Assembly (NCBI GenBank): GCA_040376695.1
Contig: JBEIQD010000001.1
Location: 15,615 to 79,614 of the forward strand
Source of the DNA: Candidatus Nomurabacteria bacterium
GTDB taxonomy: Bacteria; Patescibacteriota; Minisyncoccia; Phycocordibacterales; UBA5272
Direction: 5' to 3'
DNA: 64,000 nt
Shown here: positions 18,924 to 28,582 of the stretch, one piece after another
Numbering within the stretch: position 1 is the first letter of the stretch
Layout of the letters: the number at the start of each line of letters is the position of its first letter
Translations under genes and position numbers: made by a program
Notes under the pieces: generated by a model
The model's input: only the letters and a program-made list of their open reading frames with translations
Told to the model about the DNA's origin: nothing
The model's database searches: none

Positions 18924-20816
18924 ATGTCATTGACCGTAAACGAGATTCGTTCGAAATTTTTAAATTACATGAAAGAGAAGGGGCACGCCGTTGTTCCTTC
19001 AGCTTCTCTTGTACCAGAGAACGACCCAACAACACTCTTTACTGGTTCAGGTATGCAGCCGATGCTTCCATACCTCCTAGGGCAACCACACCCACTCGGT
19101 AAGCGTATAGCAGATTCACAGAAATCATTCCGCTCACAAGATATTGAAGAAGTGGGGGATAATCGTCACACAACATTTTTTGAAATGCTTGGGAATTGGT
19201 CATTTGGAGATTATTTTAAAGAAGAAGAAATTACGTGGATGTGGACGTTTCTTATTGATGAACTGAAGCTTGATCCGAATAATTTTTATGTAACGTGTTT
19301 TGCTGGAAACGATTCGCTCGGTGTACCAAGGGACACTGTTTCTGCAGAACTATGGAAGAAGCTTTTTGCTGGTGTTGGTATAGAAGCACAAGTGAGTGAA
19401 AACCCAGAAGCGGGGATGAAAGATGGAGAAAAGATTTTCTTTTATTCTGAAAAGAAGAACTGGTGGTCACGTAGTGGAGTGCCAGCCAATATGCCAGAAG
19501 GTGAGCCAGGCGGGCCTGATAGTGAAATGTTCTATGACTTTGATCCAAAAATGGAACAGAAGATTCATGAGAACAGTGCTTGGAAAGATGAACCATGTCA
19601 CGTGAACTGTGATTGTGGACGGTTCCTTGAGATTGGGAACAATGTCTTTATGCAGTATAAAAAAGTTGGTTCTTCGTTCGAAGAGTTGCCGCAAATGAAT
19701 GTGGATCATGGTTCTGGGCTTGAGCGCTACGCCGCAGCGCTTAATAACGATGCAGATATTTTTAATATTGATGTTTTTGATGAGCCAAAAGAAATACTTG
19801 AAAATCTTTCTGACAAGAAATATGGACACGATGAAGTAACAACCTATGCGATGCGTGTAGTGTTGGATCACATTCGCTCAGCAACATTCTTGATTGGAGA
19901 TGATGTTCTTCCAGGTAACAAAGATCAAATGTATTTCGTGCGACGTTTGATTCGTCGAGCTGTGCGATATGCACGAAACCTTGGAGTACATGAAAATTTT
20001 ACTCGAAATGTTGGCGCGGCATTCATCGCCACGTATAAGAATGAGTATAAGAACTTAGAAGATAAGAAGGAAACTATCCTCACTGAACTTGAAAGAGAAG
20101 AAACTAAGTTTCGTAAGACATTAGAAAATGGAATTAAGGAGTTTGAAAAAATTGCTAGTAAGAATATTTCAGGAGTAGATGCATTTAATCTTCTTCAGTC
20201 ATTCGGGTTTCCAATTGAACTAACAGAGGAACTTGCTAAGGAACGCGGTATAGAAGTAGATCGTGAAGCGTTTGATGTAGAAAAGAAAACTCATTCAGAA
20301 TCTTCTCGTACAGCTTCTGCGGGAAAGTTTAAAGGAGGACTTGGTGGAGACGGAGAAATGGAAGTAAAATTCCATACAGCAACGCATTTGCTTCATGAAG
20401 CGCTTCGTCAGGTGCTTGGAGAGCATGTTCTCCAGAAAGGTTCAAACATTACTTCTGAGCGTTTACGTTTTGATTTTTCGCACACCGAAAAGATGAGCGA
20501 TGAACAAAAGGCTAACGTAGAAAAGATTATCAATGATGTCATTGCTGCTGATCTTCCTGTGCATCGTGAGGAAGTAAGTTATGAAGAAGCTCGAGCCCGC
20601 GGTGCAATAGGAGTGTTTGATGCAAAGTATGATGCCACTGTTTCTATTTACACTATTGGAGCGCAGACGGGAAAGCGCGGCGAAGCGAACCTTTTTTCGA
20701 TGGAATTCTGTGGAGGCCCTCACGTTGAACACACGGGACAGCTAGGACATTTCAAGATTGCCAAAGAAGAAGCTGTATCTGCTGGCGTTCGTCGTATCAA
20801 AGCGATATTAGAATAA
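18924..20816 (+). CDS. alaS: Alanyl-tRNA synthetase (lacks C-Ala domain)
   Basis: RHTTFFEMLGNWSFGDYFK, HTATHLL, EFCGGPHV, SAGVRRIKA. Confidence 0.97.
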   Translation: MSLTVNEIRSKFLNYMKEKGHAVVPSASLVPENDPTTLFTGSGMQPMLPYLLGQPHPLGKRIADSQKSFRSQDIEEVGDNRHTTFFEMLGNWSFGDYFKEEEITWMWTFLIDELKLDPNNFYVTCFAGNDSLGVPRDTVSAELWKKLFAGVGIEAQVSENPEAGMKDGEKIFFYSEKKNWWSRSGVPANMPEGEPGGPDSEMFYDFDPKMEQKIHENSAWKDEPCHVNCDCGRFLEIGNNVFMQYKKVGSSFEELPQMNVDHGSGLERYAAALNNDADIFNIDVFDEPKEILENLSDKKYGHDEVTTYAMRVVLDHIRSATFLIGDDVLPGNKDQMYFVRRLIRRAVRYARNLGVHENFTRNVGAAFIATYKNEYKNLEDKKETILTELEREETKFRKTLENGIKEFEKIASKNISGVDAFNLLQSFGFPIELTEELAKERGIEVDREAFDVEKKTHSESSRTASAGKFKGGLGGDGEMEVKFHTATHLLHEALRQVLGEHVLQKGSNITSERLRFDFSHTEKMSDEQKANVEKIINDVIAADLPVHREEVSYEEARARGAIGVFDAKYDATVSIYTIGAQTGKRGEANLFSMEFCGGPHVEHTGQLGHFKIAKEEAVSAGVRRIKAILE

Positions 20817-20827
20817 ATAGCCTCTGT

Positions 20828-20861
20828 AGAAAAACTCCATCTAGCTAGATGGGGTTTTTCT
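20828..20861. terminator. Palindromic terminator after alaS
   Basis: AGAAAAACTCCATCTAG|CTAGATGGGGTTTTTCT. Confidence 0.75.
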
Positions 20862-20906
20862 TTTTACTCACTATGTACTGTGCTATGTCGGTTGTATACT
20901 GTTTAC

Positions 20907-21290
20907 ATGAATTCACATCTCGTTATTACTGTTGCTGATCGTGAGACAGCTATTGCTTATGAGGTAGAGGGACACTCAATTGTTTCTCATGTACATCCTG
21001 TGGGGATTAAACATATTGAGATTGAAGGTATGAATAAAGAAGCAGCCTCAAAATTTATTGATGGAGTTATGTATACATTAGAATTTATTTCGTTGCACGA
21101 CAGAATACCAACTCATTTCACGTTAATAACACCCGCTCATGCAACGTGGATAGGTGAGGTGCTGGAGTCTGCTTCTTATACACAGTTCTATACTGACGGG
21201 GCGCCGGTGAGTGTTACACTAAAGGGTATACAAGACGTTCCTCTTTCTTATGCAAGACATTCGCAAACCATACTCTCGTTCAAAGTCTAA
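20907..21290 (+). CDS. Hypothetical protein (127 aa)
   Basis: TATACT 6 nt upstream of ATG 20907; overlaps the next gene. Confidence 0.65.
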   Translation: MNSHLVITVADRETAIAYEVEGHSIVSHVHPVGIKHIEIEGMNKEAASKFIDGVMYTLEFISLHDRIPTHFTLITPAHATWIGEVLESASYTQFYTDGAPVSVTLKGIQDVPLSYARHSQTILSFKV

Positions 21291-22674
21291 TCATGCTCTA
21301 GCCGACAAGGTTGAGGCTTTTGAAACAAATAACTACCCAACAGATGAAGAGGTAGAAATTCCTGTTCAAATTCCTGTGCGTCAGAGAAGTTTTAAGGAGA
21401 GGCGGAATGTCGACAGCATGGAAATGTTTCCAGCCCGAGGTCGTCGCTCATATGATCAGGTAAATGATGCACCACTCCCAGACCGTAGAGGTGGCGGCGA
21501 TATAGTATATCGTGACCCACGTACACGATATGAAAACAAAAGACAGTCCGTAGGTACTCTCGCATTTATTGGAGTTATGGCGCTTGTGCTTGTTGGTGGA
21601 AGTTTATTGACATTCGTTTTTAATCGAGCAACTGTCACTATTACCCCAAAGTATGAGGATTTAAGTGATTTCCGAAAACCTATTACATTTGCTCAGGCTG
21701 GAAGTGATAATGAAAACACTGTCCTCTACACACTCGCAACAACCTCTCTTTCAAAGAGTAAGACGCTTACACTTTCAGAAACAAAGAAAGTGGAAGCAAA
21801 AGCAACTGGTAAAATTATTATCTATAACAACTTTAGTACTGAATCTCAGCGTCTTATAAAGAATACTCGTTTTGAATCTTCTGCTGGTAAAATTTATCGT
21901 ATTAACCAATCTGTTACTGTTCCAGGTAAAAGTGGACAAACACCAGGAAGTATAGAAGTTGTAGTTTACGCTGATAGTTTCGGTTCAGAATACAACACAG
22001 TACCAGCTGACTTTACTATTCCAGGCTTTAAAGGGACTGCACAATTTGATGCTTTCTACGCTCGTTCTAATGGACCAATCACGGGAGGTGCTTCGGGGAA
22101 TGTGTCATCTGCATCTCTTTCAGATATTAACGCTGCAAAGGACGCACTTGCTATTGAATTAAAACAAGAGCTTACGCAGAAATTCCTAAAAGAAAAAATG
22201 GCAGGTTATATCGGTCTCTATAATGCAATTGATATTGTGTATGTTGATAATGAACAAGAGCTCCTTCTTGGAACAACACCGACCTATCAAGTTACTGCGA
22301 CAGGGTATCTTATGTTTGCAAAGGATAATGAACTTGCTCAATCAGTCGCTCTTTCGGTAAGAGATTATAAAGGGGAATCAGTTCGCCTTGATGACACAGA
22401 TAAACTGACTTACACACGTAAGGACACAGATCGTTTAGCTGTAGTGCAGTCACTTGAGGTGCTCACAGAAGGTTCACCACGGGTTGTATTTCTTACTAAT
22501 GAAACAACGCTTAAAGAACTAGTTGCAGGCAAGAAGCGCTCAGAGTTCACATCGCTCATGAAATCTATTGATTCAATAGAAGGGGCTGAAATTAGCTTCT
22601 CGCCACTCTGGCTTTCAACATTCCCAGATGAAGTTTCTAAAATCTCTATTGTTGAATCACTCCCTAAGCGCTAA
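21250..22674 (+). CDS. Single-TM protein with extracellular baseplate-J-like domain (CPR-type)
   Basis: Low-complexity charged N-terminus, TM, then KATGKIIIYN...TRFES..GKIYRI...VTVPG...GSIEVVVYAD..GSEYN...ITGGASG. Confidence 0.7.
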   Translation: MQDIRKPYSRSKSNHALADKVEAFETNNYPTDEEVEIPVQIPVRQRSFKERRNVDSMEMFPARGRRSYDQVNDAPLPDRRGGGDIVYRDPRTRYENKRQSVGTLAFIGVMALVLVGGSLLTFVFNRATVTITPKYEDLSDFRKPITFAQAGSDNENTVLYTLATTSLSKSKTLTLSETKKVEAKATGKIIIYNNFSTESQRLIKNTRFESSAGKIYRINQSVTVPGKSGQTPGSIEVVVYADSFGSEYNTVPADFTIPGFKGTAQFDAFYARSNGPITGGASGNVSSASLSDINAAKDALAIELKQELTQKFLKEKMAGYIGLYNAIDIVYVDNEQELLLGTTPTYQVTATGYLMFAKDNELAQSVALSVRDYKGESVRLDDTDKLTYTRKDTDRLAVVQSLEVLTEGSPRVVFLTNETTLKELVAGKKRSEFTSLMKSIDSIEGAEISFSPLWLSTFPDEVSKISIVESLPKR

Positions 22675-22721
22675 TGTGCGTTGATTAAAGAGGTTATATC
22701 TGATACACTTTACTCCTAACT

Positions 22722-22934
22722 ATGGATGAAAACGATATTGAGATAGTGGAAGGACGTGTTACGGAGGCACTCCCAAGTGCCCTTTTTAGAATCCAGTTGG
22801 CTAATGGAAAGACAACACTTGCTAATCTCGCTGGGCGCATGCGTATTCACAAGATTAAAGTTCTTGTAGGGGATAAAGTAAGCATGCAGATAGATCCATA
22901 CTCTGGAAGAGGTAGAATTATTAAGAGACTCTAA
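22722..22934 (+). CDS. infA: Translation initiation factor IF-1
   Basis: EGRVTEALPSALFRI...GRMRIHKIKVLVGDKV...GRIIKR. Confidence 0.95.
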   Translation: MDENDIEIVEGRVTEALPSALFRIQLANGKTTLANLAGRMRIHKIKVLVGDKVSMQIDPYSGRGRIIKRL

Positions 22935-23023
22935 GGCCGAAAGAGAACCAATTAAGCCTTAGAATTTGCATTTTTTTAGAAACTATAGTAGAATAGTACC
23001 CACGTTTCGCAGTTAATTAACCT

Positions 23024-23137
23024 ATGAAAGTACGATCATCAGTAAAGACAATTTGTTCAAAATGCCAGATGCTTAAACGCGGTGGTGTACTTCGTGTTAT
23101 TTGCGAAAACCCTAAGCATAAGCAAGCGCAGGGCTAA
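23024..23137 (+). CDS. rpmJ: 50S ribosomal protein L36 (zinc-binding form), not in the ORF track
   Basis: [37 protein letters not shown]. Confidence 0.97.
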   Translation: MKVRSSVKTICSKCQMLKRGGVLRVICENPKHKQAQG

Positions 23138-23158
23138 CCATTTTAATTATTTATATTT

Positions 23159-23539
23159 ATGCGAATCTCAGGTATTACACTCCCAGAAAATAAGCGTCTC
23201 GAAATTGCCCTCACGGCAGTGTATGGTGTAGGACGCCCACGCGCTAAGGAAATCATCGAGAAGCTTGGCCTCGATATGGGAATGAAGACAACAGAGCTTA
23301 CAGCAGATCAGGAAAACCTCATCCGCCGTGAAATCGAACTCTTCAAGACAGAAGGAGACCTCAAGCGTGAAGTTCAGCAAAACATTAAACGTCTTAAGGA
23401 TATCAAAGCATATCGCGGTACTCGCCACACAAAGCACCTTCCAGCTCGTGGACAGCGCACAAAGACAAATAGTCGAACAGTTCGCGGAAACGTGCGTCGT
23501 ACGATGGGAAGCGGTCGTCGTAAGGTAGAGAAGACCTAA
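23159..23539 (+). CDS. rpsM: 30S ribosomal protein S13
   Basis: ALTAVYGVG, LPARGQRTKTNSRT. Confidence 0.97.
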   Translation: MRISGITLPENKRLEIALTAVYGVGRPRAKEIIEKLGLDMGMKTTELTADQENLIRREIELFKTEGDLKREVQQNIKRLKDIKAYRGTRHTKHLPARGQRTKTNSRTVRGNVRRTMGSGRRKVEKT

Positions 23540-23561
23540 AAAATAATTTTATAAACATCCT

Positions 23562-23996
23562 ATGGGAAAGAAACGAATCGTAAAAAAGAATAGCTCAGGA
23601 GTAGACAGTGCTCTTAAGGCGCGATCACTTGCAAAGGTGATCAAGAAGAAGATTGTTGAAGGAACACTCTTTGTTGAGTCTAGTTACAACAACACACGTC
23701 TATCTCTTGCTGACCGCTTTGGTAATATCCTTGCGTGGTCTTCATCAGGTGCGCTTGGTTTTAAGGGTGCAAAGAAGGGAACTCCTTTTGCAGCTGGAAA
23801 AATCGGTGAACTTATTGGAGAGAAAGCACAGCAGATTGGACTCAAGGAAGTTGAGGTGGTTGTTAAGGGCGTTGGATCAGGACGTGAGTCTGCGATTCGT
23901 GCGTTCTCAGCATTCGGTGTGGAAATCGTTTCTATTATTGATAAGACTCCGGTTCCTCACAATGGACCAAAGGCTCGTAAGCCACGTCACGTATAA
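23562..23996 (+). CDS. rpsK: 30S ribosomal protein S11
   Basis: GFKGAKKGTPFAA, GSGRESAIRA, TPVPHNG. Confidence 0.97.
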   Translation: MGKKRIVKKNSSGVDSALKARSLAKVIKKKIVEGTLFVESSYNNTRLSLADRFGNILAWSSSGALGFKGAKKGTPFAAGKIGELIGEKAQQIGLKEVEVVVKGVGSGRESAIRAFSAFGVEIVSIIDKTPVPHNGPKARKPRHV

Positions 23997-24001
23997 AACA
24001 T

Positions 24002-24622
24002 ATGAGTAGAATTACATGTAAAACTTGCCGCCGACTTGGAGAATCACTTTGTGGTCGTGAGAAGTGTGCGTTTAAGAAGCGCCCATACGCACCAGGAAAG
24101 CTTGACTCTGAACGAAAGCACAGATCTCAGGTTTCTGAGTACGGAGAGCAGCTTCGCGCAAAGCAGAAGATGCGTATTACCTACGGGCTTATGGAGAAGC
24201 AGTTCTCTATGTACGTAAAGCGAGCAACAGCTCGCCATGAAACAGGAGAAGGAGCAGCTCCAACAGCACTTAAGCTTGCTCGTGAACTTGAAGCTCGTCT
24301 TGATAACATTGTATACCGCGCCGGTTTTGCAAACACTCGTGCCCTTGGTCGTCAGCTCGTGTCACACGGACATATCCTTGTGAACGGTCGTCGTAACTCT
24401 ATTGCGTCTCACCAAGTAAAGATCGGAGATGTGATTTCTATCCGTGAGGGTAGTAAATCAGCTAAAGTCTTCGTAGGTCTTGCTGAGAAGCTTGCAGCTA
24501 TGGCACCAAGCCATGTGCTTACTGTTGATCCAGCTAAGCTTTCAGCTACAGTTAAAGGTGTTGTGCGTGAGGTTGAACCAATGTTCGACACTCAGAAGGT
24601 TCTCGAATACTACTCTCGTTAA
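24002..24622 (+). CDS. rpsD: 30S ribosomal protein S4
   Basis: SEYGEQLRAKQK, LEARLDNIVYR, RQLVSHGH, EYYSR. Confidence 0.97.
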   Translation: MSRITCKTCRRLGESLCGREKCAFKKRPYAPGKLDSERKHRSQVSEYGEQLRAKQKMRITYGLMEKQFSMYVKRATARHETGEGAAPTALKLARELEARLDNIVYRAGFANTRALGRQLVSHGHILVNGRRNSIASHQVKIGDVISIREGSKSAKVFVGLAEKLAAMAPSHVLTVDPAKLSATVKGVVREVEPMFDTQKVLEYYSR

Positions 24623-24771
24623 GTTCAGCTAAAGAGAGGAGCTCCAAGATAGGGGATTTCCACTAACACACACTTGCGCTTTTTGCAATTCTGGGTTAGA
24701 ATAGGATAACTTTATCTAAGGGAGGGAGAAGTGCGCATTAACCAATAATCCATATAGACTCACATTTGCCT

Positions 24772-25731
24772 ATGTCTTCACATTCTATCATTTTGCCATC
24801 AAAGCCACGTATCGTTAAAGAAGACGCCACTTCAGGCGTATATGAAATTGACGGATTGTACCCAGGATACGGACATACACTAGGTAACTCACTTCGTCGT
24901 ATTATCCTTTCATCAATCCCTGGAGCTTCAATCACATCACTTTCAATTGACGGTGTAAAGCATGAATTTTCAGCAATTGATGGAATCAAGGAAGACGTTA
25001 TTGCTATAATCCTTAACCTTAAGAAAACTCGTTTTAAGCTTCATGGTGATGATGCTCAGAAGGCAACACTTCACATCAAGGGAGCAAAGCAGATTACCGC
25101 AAAGGATATCTCTGTTCCGACACAGCTTGAAATCATGAACAAGGATCAGTACATCTGTGAATCAACTTCAAAGGACGTTGATATCGCAATCGAAATCACT
25201 GTTGAAAAAGGACTTGGATATGTTCCTCGCGAAGTGCTTCAGAAGGAGAAGGCAGATATTGGAACAATTGCACTTGATGCATCATTTACTCCAATCCGTC
25301 GCGCTTCATACGAAGTAGAGAACATGCGTGTTGGTGATCGTACTGACCATAACCGTCTTCGTCTTGCTATTGAGACTGATGGGACTATCACTCCACATGA
25401 TGCACTTGAATCAGCAATCTATACAATGATTACTCAGCTTCAGGCGGTAGTAGGTTTTCGCGCAGAAGTAGTTGATACTCCTGTTGCTCCTACACCAATC
25501 ATGTCGACAGAAGATTCACTCGACACAACTGACGCTACAAAGATCAAGATCGAAGACCTTAACCTTTCAACACGTACAGAAAACGCACTTGTCTCAGCTT
25601 CTGTTCGTACAGCTGGCGGACTTGCTCGAAAGAGTGAAGAAGACCTCCTTGCAACAGACGGACTAGGGGAGAAAGGAATTACAGAAATTAAGAAAGCACT
25701 CGCAGACCTAGGGCTTACACTAAAAGCATAG
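24772..25731 (+). CDS. rpoA: RNA polymerase alpha subunit
   Basis: GYGHTLGNSLRRIILSSIPG, YEVENMRVG, alpha-CTD LSTRTENAL. Confidence 0.97.
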   Translation: MSSHSIILPSKPRIVKEDATSGVYEIDGLYPGYGHTLGNSLRRIILSSIPGASITSLSIDGVKHEFSAIDGIKEDVIAIILNLKKTRFKLHGDDAQKATLHIKGAKQITAKDISVPTQLEIMNKDQYICESTSKDVDIAIEITVEKGLGYVPREVLQKEKADIGTIALDASFTPIRRASYEVENMRVGDRTDHNRLRLAIETDGTITPHDALESAIYTMITQLQAVVGFRAEVVDTPVAPTPIMSTEDSLDTTDATKIKIEDLNLSTRTENALVSASVRTAGGLARKSEEDLLATDGLGEKGITEIKKALADLGLTLKA

Positions 25732-25788
25732 CTAAAATCACCTCTACATGGTATAGTAGGAGACCTAAAGCAGATAACTAACAGACGT

Positions 25789-26142
25789 ATGAAACATCAC
25801 AAGGCATTCAGAAAATTCGGACGAGAAAAGAACCAGCGCGTAGCGTTCATTCGTGGTCTTCTTATTAACCTCATCCGTCACGGACGTATCGAAACAACTT
25901 TAGCTCGCGCTAAGGAAATTCGACCATTCGTTGAGAAGCTTGTTACTCTTGCAAAGGAGGACACAGTAGCTCGCCGTCGTCTTGTTGCGTCTCGTCTTAT
26001 TAACCAAGGAGATGAAACAAAGAAGCTTTTTGCGGAGTATGCACCAAAGTACAAATCAGTAACTGGTGGTTATACACGTATTCTTAAACTTCCTACTCGT
26101 ATTTCTGACGGAGCTGAAAAAGCTGTTATTGAATTCGTATAA
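25789..26142 (+). CDS. rplQ: 50S ribosomal protein L17
   Basis: IETTLARAKE, GGYTRILK. Confidence 0.97.
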   Translation: MKHHKAFRKFGREKNQRVAFIRGLLINLIRHGRIETTLARAKEIRPFVEKLVTLAKEDTVARRRLVASRLINQGDETKKLFAEYAPKYKSVTGGYTRILKLPTRISDGAEKAVIEFV

Positions 26143-26150
26143 TTAATCGT

Positions 26151-26501
26151 ATGACAAACACTCACACAATCGACGCATCAAACAAGCCTCTAGGGCGCCT
26201 AGCTTCTGAAGTAGCGGCTCTTCTTAATGCAAAGAATAGTATTCATTTCGTTAAGAACCGCGTTGCAGATGTATCAATCAAAATCATCAATGCTTCAAAG
26301 ATAAAGATCACAGGAAACAAGATGAAGGAAAGTGTTCACAAGTCTTTCTCTGGGTACCCATCAGGTCTTAAAGAAATGCCACTTTCATACGTAGCTGAGA
26401 AAAAAGGATACGGTGAACTTATCAAACATGCAGTAAAGGGAATGCTTCCAAAGAATAAGCTTCAGGATATTCGTATGAAAAACCTTGTAGTAGAGGAATA
26501 A
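26151..26501 (+). CDS. rplM: 50S ribosomal protein L13
   Basis: IDASNKPLGRLAS, SGYPSGLK, AVKGMLPKN. Confidence 0.95.
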   Translation: MTNTHTIDASNKPLGRLASEVAALLNAKNSIHFVKNRVADVSIKIINASKIKITGNKMKESVHKSFSGYPSGLKEMPLSYVAEKKGYGELIKHAVKGMLPKNKLQDIRMKNLVVEE

Positions 26502-26510
26502 TATTTATAT

Positions 26511-26918
26511 ATGACAACAGAAACAAAGAATCGATATATTGAAGCTGTAGGACGCAGAAAAACTGCTATTGCACGTGTTCGTATCACTCCATCAACAAAG
26601 ACATCATTTGTTATCAATGATAAGGATGTAAAGGAATACTTTACAACAAATGATCTTCAGTCAATTGCACAGGAAGCAATGTCAAAGTCAGAAATTGGTG
26701 AGAAGTTTACAGTTACAGTAAAGGTTCTCGGTGGAGGTATTCATGCGCAAGCAGAAGCTATCCGTCACGGACTGGCGCGAACTCTAGTTGAACGTGATGA
26801 GCAAGTGAAGAATACACTTAAGAAGCTTGGCTTCCTTAAGCGTGACTCACGTCAGGTTGAGCGAAAGAAGTTCGGTTTGAAGAAAGCTCGAAAGGCACCA
26901 ACTTGGTCAAAGCGTTAA
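26511..26918 (+). CDS. rpsI: 30S ribosomal protein S9
   Basis: GRRKTAIARV, VERKKFGLKKARKAPTWSKR. Confidence 0.97.
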   Translation: MTTETKNRYIEAVGRRKTAIARVRITPSTKTSFVINDKDVKEYFTTNDLQSIAQEAMSKSEIGEKFTVTVKVLGGGIHAQAEAIRHGLARTLVERDEQVKNTLKKLGFLKRDSRQVERKKFGLKKARKAPTWSKR

Positions 26919-26923
26919 TCTCA

Positions 26924-26965
26924 ACATTACAAAACCCAGTCCAATCGGACTGGGTTTTGTAATGT
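26924..26965. terminator. Terminator of the ribosomal protein cluster (19-bp arms)
   Basis: ACATTACAAAACCCAGTCC-AATC-GGACTGGGTTTTGTAATGT. Confidence 0.8.
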
Positions 26966-27013
26966 AATGATACACACGCTCGTCATGGTATATGGAATAC
27001 TAAATATAATTAT

Positions 27014-27286
27014 ATGGATTCATTAGCACAAGCAGATATTTTTTTCTTTATAAGTTCATTTGCGCTCATCGTACTGACGGTGCTTTGTGTCGTGATACTT
27101 CTATACGTACTAACTATTGTTCGTACGCTAAGTGAAATCGCGCAGATAGCTAAAAAGAAAGCGAAAGAATTTTCATACACTCTAGATGAAGTGGAACAAT
27201 CTATAGAGAATTCTTTTGCTATGAGGTGGATTAGGGCGTTAGGAACTCCAAAAAAGAAAAGAAAGGCTCGCGCTTCATCTGAGTAA
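27014..27286 (+). CDS. Small membrane protein (DUF948-like architecture)
   Basis: N-terminal TM, coiled coil, basic tail; precedes a YtxH-like gene. Confidence 0.7.
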   Translation: MDSLAQADIFFFISSFALIVLTVLCVVILLYVLTIVRTLSEIAQIAKKKAKEFSYTLDEVEQSIENSFAMRWIRALGTPKKKRKARASSE

Positions 27287-27326
27287 AAACAGTCAGATTA
27301 TTTATTAAGAAATATTATTTATTACT

Positions 27327-27746
27327 ATGAAAAAAGATACTAAACAGGTTGCTGTTGTGGCTGGTGTTACGGTGGGGTTGGCAGCGCTTGCTGCTGCTGG
27401 ATATTTTGTGCTTGGGCCAGAAGGAAAAAAGAATAGAAAGCAAATTAAAGGATGGAGTCTTAGAATGAAAGGGGACGTGCTTGAGAAGTTGGAAAAACTC
27501 AAAGATGTAACTCCAGAAGTCTATAACGGTATTATTGATGAAGTGAGTACAAAATATGGAAAGCTTAAACATATTAGCGCAGATGAAATAAGTGAAATAG
27601 CTATAGATCTTAAGAAACATTGGAAAGCTATAGCGCGGGATATTAAAACACGAGAGGGTAAAGGGAAGGCAAAGAAGGTGAGTTTAAAGAAAAAGGTAGT
27701 AAAAAAGGTTGCTAAAAAAGTGATAGATACACGAGCGGCTGCGTAG
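27327..27746 (+). CDS. YtxH-like membrane-anchored protein
   Basis: GLAALAAAGYFVLGPEGKKNRKQIK pattern; Lys-rich tail. Confidence 0.7.
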   Translation: MKKDTKQVAVVAGVTVGLAALAAAGYFVLGPEGKKNRKQIKGWSLRMKGDVLEKLEKLKDVTPEVYNGIIDEVSTKYGKLKHISADEISEIAIDLKKHWKAIARDIKTREGKGKAKKVSLKKKVVKKVAKKVIDTRAAA

Positions 27747-27766
27747 AGGGTTGAAAGTGTACATGG

Positions 27767-27794
27767 GAAAAGCTCGCAATATTGCGAGCTTTTC
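27767..27794. terminator. Perfect palindrome/terminator
   Basis: GAAAAGCTCGCAAT|ATTGCGAGCTTTTC. Confidence 0.75.
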
Positions 27795-27931
27795 TTGACC
27801 CATTTTTTAAAATAATGTATAAACAAAGAGTGTTGGAAAATGATATAATGTAGAGAGGAAACGCTTGGCAGATACGATAGAAATGATAGAAACTATATTG
27901 AATTATTAAGATTTTGAGCAAGGATATACAC

Positions 27932-28528
27932 ATGAATGAAGAACAAGAACACATTGTAGAAGAAGGGCTAGACACTGCGCATGTTGCAGAGGATGTCTCT
28001 TTTGAAGATGTAAATGAAGAAGGTGAGGTGGATGCAAAAACAACCATTAAAAAGCTCCGCGAAAAGATTAAGAAGTTAGAATCTGAAAAGCAAGAATATT
28101 TAGATCTTAGTCAACGTACTCGTGCTGACTATGCTAATTTCAAAAAAGAAGTTGACGGAGAGCGATTGTCGGGAAGGAAGTTTGCAACAAAGAAATTTAT
28201 CGAAGAACTTCTTCCAGTACTTGATTCATACGACATGGCTCAAGCAAACTCGGAAGCATGGGAAAAAGTAGACAAAAATTGGCGTGTAGGAATCGAATAT
28301 ATCTTTGGGCAATTGCGAACAGTTTTGGAAAGAGAAGGAGTCGTGCAGTTCGGTAAAGTTGGGGATGTATTTGATCCAAATCTTCACGAAAGCATGGAAA
28401 CCGTGCCCGTCGATGATGAGTCTAAAAATGATATACTTACGAGAATACTCCAGAACGGATACCGTATGCACGACACAGTGTTACGACCAGCAAGAGTACA
28501 CGTCGGACAATTTGTGAGAAAAGACTAA
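27932..28528 (+). CDS. grpE: Nucleotide exchange factor GrpE
   Basis: RADYANFKK, LLPVLD, FDPNLHES, GYRMHDTVLRPARV. Confidence 0.95.
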   Translation: MNEEQEHIVEEGLDTAHVAEDVSFEDVNEEGEVDAKTTIKKLREKIKKLESEKQEYLDLSQRTRADYANFKKEVDGERLSGRKFATKKFIEELLPVLDSYDMAQANSEAWEKVDKNWRVGIEYIFGQLRTVLEREGVVQFGKVGDVFDPNLHESMETVPVDDESKNDILTRILQNGYRMHDTVLRPARVHVGQFVRKD

Positions 28529-28582
28529 TGGTGATTATTGTGTGAATTATTGAAATTTTATTAACATATAACTACAACAACT

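Noticed and set aside
27795-27931. CIRCE element upstream of grpE-dnaK-dnaJ
   Set aside because: No TTAGCACTC-N9-GAGTGCTAA match; the nearby palindrome is the upstream terminator.
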